Positions 25,136 to 37,728 of a stretch of DNA of 64,000 nt are shown here, in pieces (the stretch's first letter is position 1; the number at the start of each line of letters is the position of its first letter). The notes beneath the pieces are model-generated. The model saw only the letters and a program-made list of their open reading frames with translations. It was not told the DNA's origin and searched no databases. The stretch is from Octopus vulgaris (taxonomy: Eukaryota), in NCBI GenBank assembly GCA_951406725.2, contig OX597834.1, positions 6,262,001 to 6,326,000 on the forward strand, written 5' to 3'. The position numbers and the translations under genes were made by a program.

Positions 25136-25138
<3 letters not shown>
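25003..25138 (+). mobile_element. PLE-like fold-back, short copy of the 45207 family
   Basis: 31-bp hairpin arms plus a tail ending ACTCCGGTA-(TA)n that is essentially identical to 45366-45438. Confidence 0.7.
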
Positions 25139-25172
<34 letters not shown>

Positions 25173-25407
25173 CCCACAAGGGGCTAAATATAGAGGGAGA
25201 AACAAGGACAGACAAATGGATTAAGTCGATGACATCGACTCCAGTGCTTTACTTATTTAATCGACTCCGAAAGGATGAAAGACAAACTCAACCTCAGCGG
25301 AGTTTGAACTCAGAACGTAACGGCAAACGAAACACTGCTACACATTTTGGCCGCGCATTCATTTCTTTTTCTTTTTCTCTGTTTTTTTTTAATTGACTCT
25401 CTATATA

Positions 25408-25443
<36 letters not shown>

Positions 25444-25491
25444 TGTATATATATATATATGTATAAACCTCGCCAAGTTAAATATTTAAAC

Positions 25492-25555
25492 CACCTGAAG
25501 AATGACTGTAACTCGAAAATTTTAAGAATTGAACAGCCATGAAACGATCGTAGTG
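25492..25555 (+). ncRNA. Type I hammerhead ribozyme with intact core, in a (TA)n-flanked insert (about 25465-25770)
   Basis: cac-CTGAAGA-atgactgt...acagccat-GAAA-CGATCG-TA-gtg. Palindromic stem III ACGATCGT, GUA site. Confidence 0.75.
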
Positions 25556-25767
25556 TTATATTAATTATCTTTTTTAATAATTTTGATATATTTTTAAATA
25601 ATATAAATTAATTAATCTTAAGTATTGGCTTAAGTTTTTCATTGTATGATTTGCCTATAGTGGTTTTATCTCTAATTTAATATAATATAATATTTTACTA
25701 TAAAATTGGATTCAATCCTAAATCTGATTTTTCCTTGTAAGTTTGGATTTATTCCCTAATATTTTAT

Positions 25768-25848
<81 letters not shown>

Positions 25849-25849
25849 A

Positions 25850-25885
<36 letters not shown>

Positions 25886-26101
25886 TGTATGTATGTATGT
25901 ATGTATATATATAATAATGAATTTCTCTCAGTGAATCAGTATTCAGTGTGCACATATCCATAGCTACTTTATCAACCTCACTGCCAAAATGATTTTAAAA
26001 ATCATCTTATAACAATTGAGATAATAAATTTGAAACTCCACACTTAGATTCCTTTAAATTTATCATCTGTGTCTCAGTAGCTCCCTGCTGATACACACGA
26101 C

Positions 26102-26157
<56 letters not shown>

Positions 26158-26239
26158 GTATATATATCAGTGAGACTCATACATATATATCATTGTATGC
26201 TTGTTACTTTTCCAGTAATATCAAGTTATAATTATAAAC

Positions 26240-26333
26240 ACCATCACCATAGTCATCATCATCATTATCATTATCATTATTGTTGTTGTTATTGTTGTTG
26301 TTGTTGTTGTTGTTATTGTTGTTGTTATCATCA

Positions 26334-26385
<52 letters not shown>

Positions 26386-26435
26386 CATTGTTATAATCAT
26401 CATCATTATTATTATTATCATTATTATTATTATTA

Positions 26436-26499
<64 letters not shown>

Positions 26500-26543
26500 C
26501 ATTGTTATAATCATCATCATTATTATTATTATTATTATTATTA

Positions 26544-26607
<64 letters not shown>

Positions 26608-26676
26608 CATTATTATTATTATCATCATCATTATTATTATTATTATTATTATTATCATTATTATTATTATTATTAC

Positions 26677-26742
<66 letters not shown>

Positions 26743-26837
26743 TATTATTATTATTATTATTATTATTATCATTGTTATAATCATCATCATTATTATTATT
26801 ATTATTATTATTATCATTATTATTATTATTATTACTA

Positions 26838-26868
<31 letters not shown>

Positions 26869-26896
26869 TATTATTGTTGTTGTTGTTGTTGTTGTT

Positions 26897-26931
<35 letters not shown>

Positions 26932-26940
26932 CAGCATCAT
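26240..26940. repeat. (TAT/CAT/TGT)n trinucleotide array
   Basis: Directly visible. It explains the poly-Y/poly-I ORFs. Confidence 0.95.
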
Positions 26941-27300
26941 CGTATAAGCAATTTAAATTTTGACAACTGGAAAATAGATATAAAAATCTATTTTGCTCAG
27001 GTTTGATGATCTCAGACAGAAAGTATTTTCTTTATGATTTTGGCAATGCCAAACGTGTCATATTTCTATTAGATGATTCTTATGTAAAGTTCTGTTTACC
27101 AAATCAGCATTCCATTTCTCGTATTATATATCGTCATCTTCATCATCATCATCATCAACATTTAATATCCATTTTCCAAGCTGGCCTGGGTTAGATAGTT
27201 TTGATAGGAGTTGGCAAGCCAGGGCCTGTGCTGGGGGCCTATGCTGGGCCTTATTGTGTCTACTTTATCATGCCTTCTGCAGCTGCCCTTTTTATTTTCA

Positions 27301-27530
27301 GGTGGCGAGCTGGTGGAATCGTTAGCACGCGAGGCGAAAAGCTTAGCGGTATTTCGTCTGTCATTACGTTCTGAGTTCAAATTCTGCCAAGGTCAACTTT
27401 GCCTTTCATCCTTTTGGGGTCGATAAATAAAGTACCAGTTTCACAGTGGGGTCAATTTAATCGACTTAATCCCTTTGTCTGTCCTTGTTTGTCCCCTCTA
27501 TGTTTAGCCCCTTGTGGTCAATAAAGAAAT
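27301..27530 (+). mobile_element. SINE family B
   Basis: Family motifs. Confidence 0.8.
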
Positions 27531-27923
27531 ATATTTTTTACAGATGCCTGTTCCACTCTATAGAAAGTACAAGGTGCTTTTTACATGGCACCCACACTAG
27601 TGAGGTCACCATGTAACTTGAAAGGTGAAGGCCCCGCCTCAACGAAGAAGAAGAGTATTACTGAAGGAAGTGGCTTTGTGCCAAGGAAAGAGAGGTTAAA
27701 GTATCATAGGGGGATAGAAACAAGTGTCTTGCTGTGGAGGAGATACATGGCTACCTCTGTCAGAAAAGAGGGGAGACTGAGAGAGAAAGGAAGAGTAAAA
27801 TTGAGCAAGAAGATAGTGGTGGAGATATGTTGGGGTGTATATGTATGTGTATGTATAACTATCTGTCTATCTATCAATCTCTCTATCTATATTATATATA
27901 TATATATATTAAAAAATTCTATA

Positions 27924-28011
27924 TGTGGCTGAAGATTGCTTGACATTTTAAAACTGATGTAATACTTACAGTGTTTAATAAAATGAAGTAGCATGAAACG
28001 ATTGTACTACA
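27924..28011 (+). ncRNA. Type I hammerhead ribozyme in a (TA)n-flanked insert (about 27909-28043)
   Basis: tgtgg-CTGAAGA-t-tgct...agca-t-GAAA-CGATTG-TA-ctaca. 5-bp stem I, near-palindromic stem III. Confidence 0.7.
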
Positions 28012-28053
28012 CTACCTTGGATATCCTTGTTGCTTATTTTGATTATATATATA

Positions 28054-28566
28054 CTAGCAGTATCGCCCGGCGTTGCTCGGGTTTGTAAGGGAAATAACTA
28101 TATAAGCATTTTTAGAGAGTTACTTCCCTTATAGATGCTAATTCGGGCTTTCTTAGCCATTTCTGTTTTGGTGTCTTCAAGCCATGAAGTCGTTGTTCTA
28201 AAAGAACGCTGGTCTCCTTGACAACGCTTTACGACGTTGATTTCCTTACACTCCCTTCCCCACAGCTTCACGAGGGAGGGAATAAGGGGGAGAAGCAAAC
28301 AGGTGCAGGTGTGACCATGGACGCCAACTCCGCCACCATCGACACACGAAAAATTATGCATTAAAATGGAATAAAAAATGATGTTAAATTATTTTTAAAA
28401 TCGTAGACTCATTGTAGACGTGCGCTAATAGCCAGACGGGCTTGATATGAATCACGACTATAAGATACCCGAATTTGGTTAAACTGCACCGCAAAATGTG
28501 GGAGTAGTTAGGAATCTAAATCGAAGGGGACAGACACTCACACAACTACAGTTTTATATATATAGA
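28054..28566 (-). mobile_element. Non-autonomous Helitron
   Basis: Minus strand A|TC...CCCGAGCAACGCCGGG hairpin...CTAG|T. No TSD. Confidence 0.8.
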
Positions 28567-29754
28567 TATATATATATATGCATATATTTGTGTGTGTGTC
28601 CTTGTGACTCCACCACTGCTTGACAACTGATGTTGGTTTATTTACATTCTTGTAACTTAGCAGTTCAGCATAAGAAACTGTCAGAGTAAGTCCCAGGTTT
28701 AAAAATGAATAAATCCTGGAGTTGATTTGTTCAAATAAAATGTTTAAAGGCAGTGCCCCAGCATGGTCATGGTCCAGTGACTGAAACAAGGGAAAAACAA
28801 AAGATAAATAGAATTTAAACATAAAAACAAGGAATCTGTAAAGTCATTATTTTTATCTAATTCTCTTTTGTTTTTTTTCTTTGGTTTTTTTTTTTTTGGT
28901 TTCCTAGGAATGGAATTTCAAATTTATAGAAAATTATAATGTATTGGAAATGGTTGTATTTTGACTTTTTATTGAGAGAAATTAGTTATGCAAATGAATT
29001 GTGTTTGCTTGAGAACTGAAGCTTAGTCAAAGAATCAATTTAGCATTACCTATCTACCATCACACAATGGTGTCTGACTAAGAAATATTTCAAAGACTAA
29101 TTCTTAAAAAGGAATTCATGTGTCAGTGAGTTTGAAATTAATTGTGATTGGTTTCCGAAAACCAGAAACTATTAGGATATTATTGCGAAACCATATTCAG
29201 AACCTGAGCCTCAGTTCTCTAGCAGAATTCATTGTTTCTCTGGTCAGTTAACTTCCCTGAGATTATTGACATCCATCTACTGTTGCTTTATACCTCACTA
29301 AATCCAATCTACATAGTTAATTTCCTGTCAGAAAATCAAATTACTAAGGAATTTAATATATCTTTAGACCGATGTAGACCTTTTCTAAAGTTTAGGTCAG
29401 TGAAAGACATTTGTATATATTACACAAATTACTTTCTTCTTACAGTGAGAGACCCCATATGCCAATCACAGTTGCAGGCGCATGTATGCATAAACTCTAA
29501 CACATTCATTTTCACATAAACGCACATGCACACACACACGTACATATCCATGCAGTCTCATAGTGAAGGCACCATAGAATATGCTATAATGAAGGAATGG
29601 TATTTACAATTTATGAAGTGCCTGGAATAAACCTTCAAGTATTTTATGATGCAGGGTTCATTATACATTTCGCATTGCTGCTCATAAAGCAATTGGATTT
29701 ATTGGAGTCTGGTATGTCGACATTAGTAATGATTAAACGCTAATGATAATAATT

Positions 29755-29950
29755 ATCATCATCATCATCGTTTAGAGTCCGCTTTCCATGCTAGCACGGG
29801 TTGGACGGTTTGACCGGGGATCTGGGAAGCCAGAAGGCTGCACCAGGCTCCAGTCTTATCTGGCAATGTTTCTACAGCTGGATGCCCTTCCTAACGCCAA
29901 CCACTCCGTGAGTGTAGTGGGTGCTTTTTATGTGCCACCTGCACAGGTGA
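29755..29950 (-). mobile_element. RTE LINE 3'UTR fragment (family D)
   Basis: Family motifs. Confidence 0.75.
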
Positions 29951-30189
29951 GAAAGTTGGTGTGTGAAAGCACGTGGTTGGATGTATAAAAAAAAGAAAAG
30001 AATGAAAAAACTACAGAAGGTTTGTTTTAAAAATGTTGTTAGAAAAATGTTAGAAAATTTTGTGTATAGTAACATAGTTTTTTTGAGAAATAACCAGTTT
30101 CGTGTAAACTTTTCAAATTTCTCAAATTTCTTTACCTACATCATGTCATGTATTCGTTATGAAGTGCAATATATATATATGTATATATA

Positions 30190-30369
30190 GTAAATCCAAA
30201 AGAAGAAGAACAAACACAAAAAAAAACAACAATGCGAGGACGTGGTACATGTAAAGTATTAGCAGACATTCAGGGAAGGAAAGAAAGATGGTTTAATGAT
30301 TCGAGCAAAACTTTTCTTACAAAGCAGAAGAAAGTCCAATAGAAAAGGAAGATGGAGGAAGAAAATTGC

Positions 30370-30370
<1 letters not shown>
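30190..30370 (-). mobile_element. Decayed copy of the 59553 PLE-like family
   Basis: ACAACAATGCGAGGACGTGG..CAGGGAAGGAAAGAAAG aligns with 59586-59650. Lies in (TA)n. Confidence 0.55.
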
Positions 30371-30410
<40 letters not shown>

Positions 30411-31034
30411 TGCATGCATGCATATATATATATATGTATGAATGCATGCAAGTATGGCTGTGAGGTAAGAAGTTTGCTTAGCAACCACATGATTCCAGGT
30501 TCAGTCCCACTATGTGGCACATTAGACGAGTGTCTTCTGTACTTTTGAACCTACCAAAGCCTTGTGCATAGATTTGGTAGATGGAAAATGAAAGAAGCCC
30601 ATTGTGTGTGCGTGTGTGTGTGTCTCTTTGTATCTGTATTTGTCCAAGATCCACCTACCACTTGGTGACTGGTGTTGCTGTGTTTATATCCTTGTGACTT
30701 AGCGTTTCAGCTGAAGAGAACCAATAGAAATAAGTAGCAGGTTTAAAAATAAAATAAGTACTGGGGTAGATTAGTTTGACTAGAATTCCTTAAGGTAGTG
30801 CTCCAGCATGACCACAGTCTAATGACTTGTACTAGTGAAAGATAAAAGACGTACAAACACACATACACAAACACACATACATAAACACACAGGCTCACAT
30901 ACAAACACTCACACACACACACGCTCAAACATATACACAAGCACCACTAGATGCTTTCTCTTTTCTTAGTTTTCATCATGTAGCATCTCACATTTTGTAA
31001 TACTTACAATTTGTTTTTTTTTTACTGCTTATCT

Positions 31035-31431
31035 CTCTTTTTACTCTTTTACTTGTTTCAGTCATTTGACTGCGACCATGCTGGAGCACCACCTTTAATC
31101 AAGCAAATCGACCCCGGGACTTATTCTTTTGTAAGCCCAGCACTTATTCTATAGGTCTCTTTTGCCGAACCGCAGAGTGACGGGGACATAAATACACTAG
31201 CATCGGTTGTCAAGCAATGCTAGGGAGACAAACACAGACACACAAACATATACACACATACATATATATGACAGGCTTCTTTCAGTTTCCGTCTACCAAA
31301 TCCACTCAGAAGGTATTGGGCGGCCCGGGGCTATAGAAGAAGACACTTGCCCAAGATGCCATGCAGTGGGACTGAACCTGCAACCATGTGGTTGGTAAGC
31401 AAGCTACTTACCACACAGTCACTCCTGCGCC
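31035..31431 (-). mobile_element. SINE family A
   Basis: Full-length reverse copy. Confidence 0.85.
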
Positions 31432-31661
31432 TGAAAGATTTAATAAGTGTAAAGTTTACAAAAATGTGGGAGGGGTACTAAGAAAAGATGAGAAGAAACT
31501 ATTTCCAAGACCGTTTTTAAAGAGGCATAAGAGAGAAAGAACAAGAATACGAATAACAGAACTTTATAAAAGAGAAACGAGAGTGTTTACAAATATAGGA
31601 AACAGAAAATTCAAAAGATTATAAAATATGCAGTGGAAAATAGAGTGTGTAACAAACTTAT

Positions 31662-32048
31662 GATGGAAGCACTCCGTCGGTTACGACGACGAGGGTTCCA
31701 GTTGATCCAATCGACGGAAAAGCCTGCTCGTGAAATTAACGTGTAAGTGGCTGAGCACTCCACAGACATGTGTACCCTTAACGCAGTTCTCGGGGATATT
31801 CAGCGTGACACAGAGAGTGACAAGGCCGGCCCTTTGAAATACAGGTACAACAGAAACAGGAAGTAAGAGTGAGAGAAAGTTGTGGTGAAAGAGTACAGCA
31901 GGGATCACCACCATCCCCTGCCGGAGCATCGTGGAGTTTTAGGTGTTTTTGCTCAATAAACACACACAACGCCTGGTCTGGGAATCGAAACCGCAATCCT
32001 ACGACCACGAGTCCGCTGCCCTAACCACTGGGCCATTGCGCCTCCACA
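31662..32048 (-). mobile_element. SINE family C with a 13-bp TSD
   Basis: GTAACAAACTTAT at 31649-31661 and 32049-32061. A and B boxes present. Confidence 0.9.
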
Positions 32049-32159
32049 GTAACAAACTTATAGAGCTTTATAGATTATAGAGGTAAGAGCGAAAGAGGTA
32101 ATTCAAAAGATTGTAGAATATGCAGTGGAAAACAAAAGAAAGTTTGTAACAAAAAATAA

Positions 32160-33503
32160 GGAGTGGCTGTGTGGTAAGTAGCTTGTTTACCAACCACATG
32201 GTTCCGGGTTCAGTCCCACTGCATGGCACCTTGGGCAAGTGTCTTCTTCTATAGCCTCAGGCCGACCAAAGCCTTGTGAGTGGATTTGGTTGGCGGAAAC
32301 TGAAAGAAGCCCGGCGTATATATATATATGTATATATATACTAGCAGCGTAGCCCGGCGTTGCCCGTGTATGTAAGAGCCCCTAGTAGGCAACGACTATT
32401 CCCAATCTAGTCCTTTCCCTCTAGGGAATGAAGGCGCATGTGTAGGTTGCAATGTCTTCTCTTCACTCCCAAATAACTATCAAACAGCTATCGATAGTTC
32501 AACCCAACCAATTCCTACCAGGAAGAAATTACATTCGAGACTTTACCCCCAACACCGCCACTTCTGCTAATAGCTGCTGCAGCCGCAAGTTATTCGAATA
32601 CTTTTTTTGTTTACACTTTCTTTATAACTACCACCCCAAACGTTTTACCTTAAATTTTTTACGTACCCTAAGGGTCCTCGGACGCTACTTGCAAACTCTT
32701 GGTTTATTATAAACCGCTTTTGTCGTGTGCACCAAAAAAACCTTTTCCATTCGTTTGTTCAGTTTGGTCACTTTTGACTTTTTCGTTGTTGTCACTCACA
32801 TTGCTGCCCGCTTTTTTGCCGTTTTTGTACATTTTTATACATTTTGGGATACTAACCCCACGTGTTCTGAGAGTTAAAAAGGTCGAGTTGCGTCCCCTAG
32901 ACAGTCTGTAGAAAATGTGTTGCATATAAAAAGCGTAGATTCTCGACCTATGTCGAATTTATCGATTTCTTTTCAGAACTGGGGGAACTTTTCAAAATTT
33001 TCTCTGCGTTAGTTTAGAATTATGACATTGGGCTATGTGTGTGTCAAGTTTCATCAGAATCGGTTGAAAGCCGTGGTCAGGGTGAGGGTACAACCTGACA
33101 GACACACAGACAGACAAACTGCCGTTTATATATAACTAGCAGTATCGCCCGGCGTTGCTCAGGTTTGTAAGGGAAATAACTATAAAGCATTTTTAGAGAG
33201 TTATAGCCAAAAAATAGCAAAAAAATGATGGTAAATTTTTTTTTGAGTTAAAAAAGGTTGAGTTGCGTCCCCTAGACAGTCTGTGGTTTGTTTCTGATTC
33301 TCGACCCCATGTCGATTTTATCGATTTTTTTCAGAACTGGGGGAACTTTTCAAAATTTTCGCTGCGTTAGTTTTGAATTATGACATTGGGCTATGTGTGT
33401 GTCAAGTTTCATCAGAATCGGTTGAAAGCCGTGGTCAGGGTGAGGGTACAAGCAAACAGACACACAGAAACACGCACAGACAAACTGCCGTTTATATATA
33501 GAG

Positions 33504-33556
<53 letters not shown>

Positions 33557-33775
33557 TGTTTGTGTGTCTGTGTTTGTCCCCCTAGCATTGCTTGACAACC
33601 GATGCTGGTGTGTTTATGTCCCCGTCACCTAGCGGTTCAGCAAAAGAGATCGATAGAATAAGTACTGGGCTTACAAAAAGAATAAGTCCCGGGATTGAGT
33701 TGCTCGATTAAAGGCAGTGCTCCAGCATGGCCGCAGTCAAATGACTGAAACAAGTAAGAGAAAAGAAAAGAAAGA
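32160..33775 (+). mobile_element. SINE family A interrupted in its (TA)n by two Helitrons
   Basis: Head at 32160-32340, tail at 33505-33775. Confidence 0.8.
32341..33504 (-). mobile_element. Two tandem non-autonomous Helitrons (32341-33135 and 33136-33504)
   Basis: Each has a GC hairpin plus CTAG 3' end. They share about 250 bp of 5' region. 5'-TC at 33503-33504. Confidence 0.8.
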
Positions 33776-34317
33776 ATAAGGGAAAAGTGATGTTATGTGC
33801 CGAATCGAATTGGAATATTAAGACTGTTCAACGAGAGACTAAATAAAGGTGGAAGCTGTGATGTTTACGGAAACAGAAAGAAAAGGTGACTGTAGTTGTG
33901 AAACAGAAGTGAAATATTAAACTTTTAAGAATTTTCAATGAGGTACTTACTTGGAATGTATTAATGTTAGAATAAATTCGTCATGCCTTATATTCTAGTG
34001 AGAGGAAGGAGAAAACAAACTTAAGGAGAGGTACTCGTAAAAAAAAAACAACAACAAAAATAAACAATATTTCTTATACTATAGAAGCACTTGTTACCAG
34101 AAAAACAGTTTCCTTTTAGTGATATTAATGTTTAAAGATACCTGACAGAACACACTGAAGTTAAAATATCTTTATGTAATAAACTCCTTGTTATATAAGT
34201 TACTGAGACGGATCAAATTTTTCTCAACACATGCTGTCTGCAATTTTGTAGAGGGAATAAAACTAGAGAAAATATATGCTGTCCTACAATGCCACAATAA
34301 TTATTCATATATATATG

Positions 34318-34359
<42 letters not shown>

Positions 34360-34361
34360 AT

Positions 34362-34582
34362 TGGTAAAACGGTAAGATAACAAAAGAAAGAAAGAGACCT
34401 CAATATTAGTAAATAGAAAATTTCATTCAAATGAAATCATCAGGAATGAATCATTTGAATGAAACAACACCATTCTAGTCTTGTAGATGGCTCAGATCTA
34501 CCGAAAGATAAATGTTGTGGATTTACTCTGCTATGTATTGAGTACCTTATTTACTGTCTTAACTACCGACTAAAACGGGACC

Positions 34583-34590
<8 letters not shown>
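34362..34590 (-). mobile_element. PLE-like insert sharing its end with the 51776 element
   Basis: GGTAAAACGGTAAGATAACAAAAGAAAGAAAGAGACCTCAATATTA is identical to 51776-51821. Lies in (TA)n. Confidence 0.55.
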
Positions 34591-34617
<27 letters not shown>

Positions 34618-34794
34618 CTAAAAATAAGGATATCTCAGAGATACCCCATGCTGAAATAGCAGTCAAATCCCTGACTCTAAAGACCACCTTAAATGTTCAT
34701 ATCGCACCATGAGATAAGACAGAGGGACAAAATAGACTAGCAAAAAGATATTACTGAATAATTTTCCCACTTGATAATATCGATATTAAATATT

Positions 34795-34835
<41 letters not shown>

Positions 34836-35179
34836 TGCCCCAGCATGGCCACAGCTCGTGAGCTGAAACTAGAATCAATCAATCAATCATATATATATAC
34901 ACATACACACATACATACATATATATATATACACACACGCACACACAGAGGCGTGTTTGTGTGCTCATATATAACAATATGTCCTAAATCGCAGCAATTT
35001 CAGTGGGCTTCACCTGTGAAAACCCTTAAGTGTTCCCAACCTCCCAATACTTCCTCAGTAACACCCAGCAAGTAAAAGAAAATATGGAAAAATAAAAAAA
35101 CATATAATAATAAAATTGAATGCACTTATATAAGAATGGCTTTTATCTTGTATAAGAGAATTTCTTTATAAATGAGACA

Positions 35180-35653
35180 ACTGAATTATTTTGCATACAG
35201 TATTGCATGCAAATGAAAAAGCTGGAAAGAAATCCTCCACCCCTACGATGGGATCTTGAAGCCCTCATGAAAAAATACAAAATAGACATCAACAACAGAT
35301 TTCAAATTATACCGAAAATGCAAGAAGGGAAGAACCCAGACAATTTGGCAATTGATGGGAAAGAAAATTCTTGCATCTTCTGAATTACATTTACCAAAAG
35401 AGAATGAAAAAGCAACAATGGATATCTGTAGTAACCATGGATTTTGTGGAGAAAAGGAGAAAAGCAAGAACCTCAGGTGGTTCCAATTGCGAAGAATATA
35501 AAAAGATCAACAAAGACGTTATACAAGAGTGGCAGAAATACAAAAACGGTTACATAACAAATTTTTGTGAAAATCTAGAAGAACAGGCAAAATGCAATAA
35601 TTCAAAAGGTCTTTTCCAACAGGTAAAAGTACTCAAAGGAGAATATAGTGCAA
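35180..35653 (+). mobile_element. LINE (RTE-like) EN-RT linker remnant
   Basis: RWDLEAL..KYKIDINNRFQ...YKKINKDV..YITNFCENLEEQAKCNNSKGLFQQVKVLKG, frameshifted. Confidence 0.55.
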
Positions 35654-36252
35654 AGGCGGTGAGCTGGCAGAAACGTTAGCACGCTGGGCGAAATACTTAG
35701 TGGTATTTCGTCTGCCGCTACGCTGAGTTCAAATTCCGCTGAGGTCGACTTAGCCTTTCATCCTTTCGGGGTCAATTAAATAAGTACCAGTTACGCACTG
35801 GGGTCGATGTAATCGACTTAATCCGTTTGTCTGTCCTTGTTTGTCCTCTCTGTGTTTAGCCCCTTGTGGGTAGTAAAGAAATAGGTATTTCGTCTGCCGC
35901 TACATTCTGAGTTCAAATTCCGCCGAGGTCGACTTTGCCTTTCATCCTTTCGGGGCCGATTAAATAAGTACCAGTTATGTGCTGGGGTCGATGTAATTGA
36001 CTTAATCCGTTTGTCTGTCCTTGTTTGTCCTCTCTGTGTTTAGCCCCCTTGTGGGTAGAAAAGAAATAGGTATTTCGTCTGCTGCTACGTTCTGAGTTCA
36101 AATTCTGCCAAGGTCGACTTTGTCTTTCATCCTTTTGGGGCCGATTAAGTAAGTACCAGTTATGCATTGGGGTCAATATTATCGACTTAATCTATTTGTC
36201 TGTCCTTTTTTGTCCCCTCTGTGTTTAGCCCCCTTGTGGGTAGTAAAGAAAT
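35654..36252 (+). mobile_element. SINE family B tandem trimer
   Basis: One full unit followed by two headless units of about 186 bp, joined at GGTATTTCG. Confidence 0.85.
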
Positions 36253-36698
36253 CATTTGAATTAAAATTATAGATTGCTGCCCCACCCCTGTTGGTCACCC
36301 AGCCTCAGTTTTTACCCTAACAGTTTCTAATCTGTTTACTCCTGTATAAAGACTACCACCCTTAATATGTTAACACTCAACTGAATGATGACAGAGTTAG
36401 AAACCCAAGGCAACATCTAAATCTACCATATCTGGTTCTAAATGCAAGGAAATGATGTCTCTGAATACCTTTCTTTGCAGTCTGCTGCTTAATTAAATCT
36501 GGCAAGGCAGCTGGAGGAATCTAGCTTGATCAGGAAGACTTCTATTGTAATGTCATCAATGATACATGGCAATGAAGATTGGATGTGTGAATATATGTGA
36601 TTACATTTAACCCTCTTATACAAGAGAACTGTATTAGAATATTCACCGATTCCAGCATAGCTAAGTCTAAGTCCATGCCAGATCCTCTCTAGATACAC

Positions 36699-37728
36699 AA
36701 AATTAGTGTCATCAGAAAAATTAACAAAGCTAACTTACAAGAAGACCATCATCATCATCATCATCATCATTTAGCGTCCGTTTTCCATGCTAGCATGGGT
36801 TGGACGGTTCAACTGGGCTCTGGGAAACCAGAAGGCTGCACCAGGCCCAGTCTGATCTGGCAGTGTTTCTACGGCTGGATGCCCTTCCTAATGCCAACCA
36901 CTCCATGAGTGTAGTGGGTGCTTTTTACGTTCCACCGGCACAGGTGCCAGGCGAGGCTGGCAACGGCCGCAATTGGATGGTGCTTTTTACATGCCACCAG
37001 CACAGGGGCCAGGCAAGGCTGGCAATGGCCACGATTGGCTAGCGGTTGAGCTTACGTGCCACCGGCACTGGTACCACAGCTACAATTTCCATTGATGTTG
37101 ATTGATTTCGATTTTGATTTTGATTTTCACTTGCCTCAACAGGTCTTCACAAGTTGAGTTTTGTGTCCCAAGAAGGAAAGGTATGCATAAGTGGACTGGC
37201 TACATCCCATGTAGAGACCACAGGTTATGGTCTCACTTGTCCTGCTGGGTCTACTCATGCACAGCATACTTCCAAAGGTCTCGGTCTCTAGTCATTTGCT
37301 TGGTGAGACCTAAAGTTCGAAGGTCGTGCTTCACCACCTCTTCCCAGGTTTTCCTTGGTCTGCCTCTTCCACTGGTTCCCTCAACCGCTAGCCAATCGTG
37401 GCCATTGCCAGCCTTGCCTGGCCCCTATGCTGGTGGCATGTAAAAAGCACCATCCAATTGTGGGCGTTGCCAGCCTTGCCTGGCACCTGTGCCGGTGGCA
37501 CGTAAAAAGCACCCACTACACTCACGGAGTGGTTGGCGTTAGGAAGGGCATCCAGCCGTAGAAACACTGCCAGATCAGACTGGGCCTGGTGCAGCCTTCT
37601 GGTTTCCCAGAGCCCAGGTGAACCGTCCAACCCATGCTAGCATGGAAAGCGAATGCTAAACGATGATGATGATGATGCTGATCTTCTTGTAAGTTAGCTT
37701 TGTTAATTTTTCTGATGACAATAATTTT
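36699..37728. repeat. Inverted duplication around an RTE 3' end
   Basis: 36699-37050 is the reverse complement of 37380-37728. The centre encodes on the minus strand GRGRPRKTWEEVVKHDLRTLGLTK.MTRDRDLWKYAV. Confidence 0.85.

Noticed and set aside
26170-27006. Poly-Tyr/His/Cys and poly-Ile ORFs, and all YI/CV/HT/LSIY ORFs elsewhere
   Set aside because: They are translations of microsatellites.
34410-34450. Minus-strand CTGATGA-tttcatttgaat-GAAA as a hammerhead
   Set aside because: No stem I and no proper stem III.
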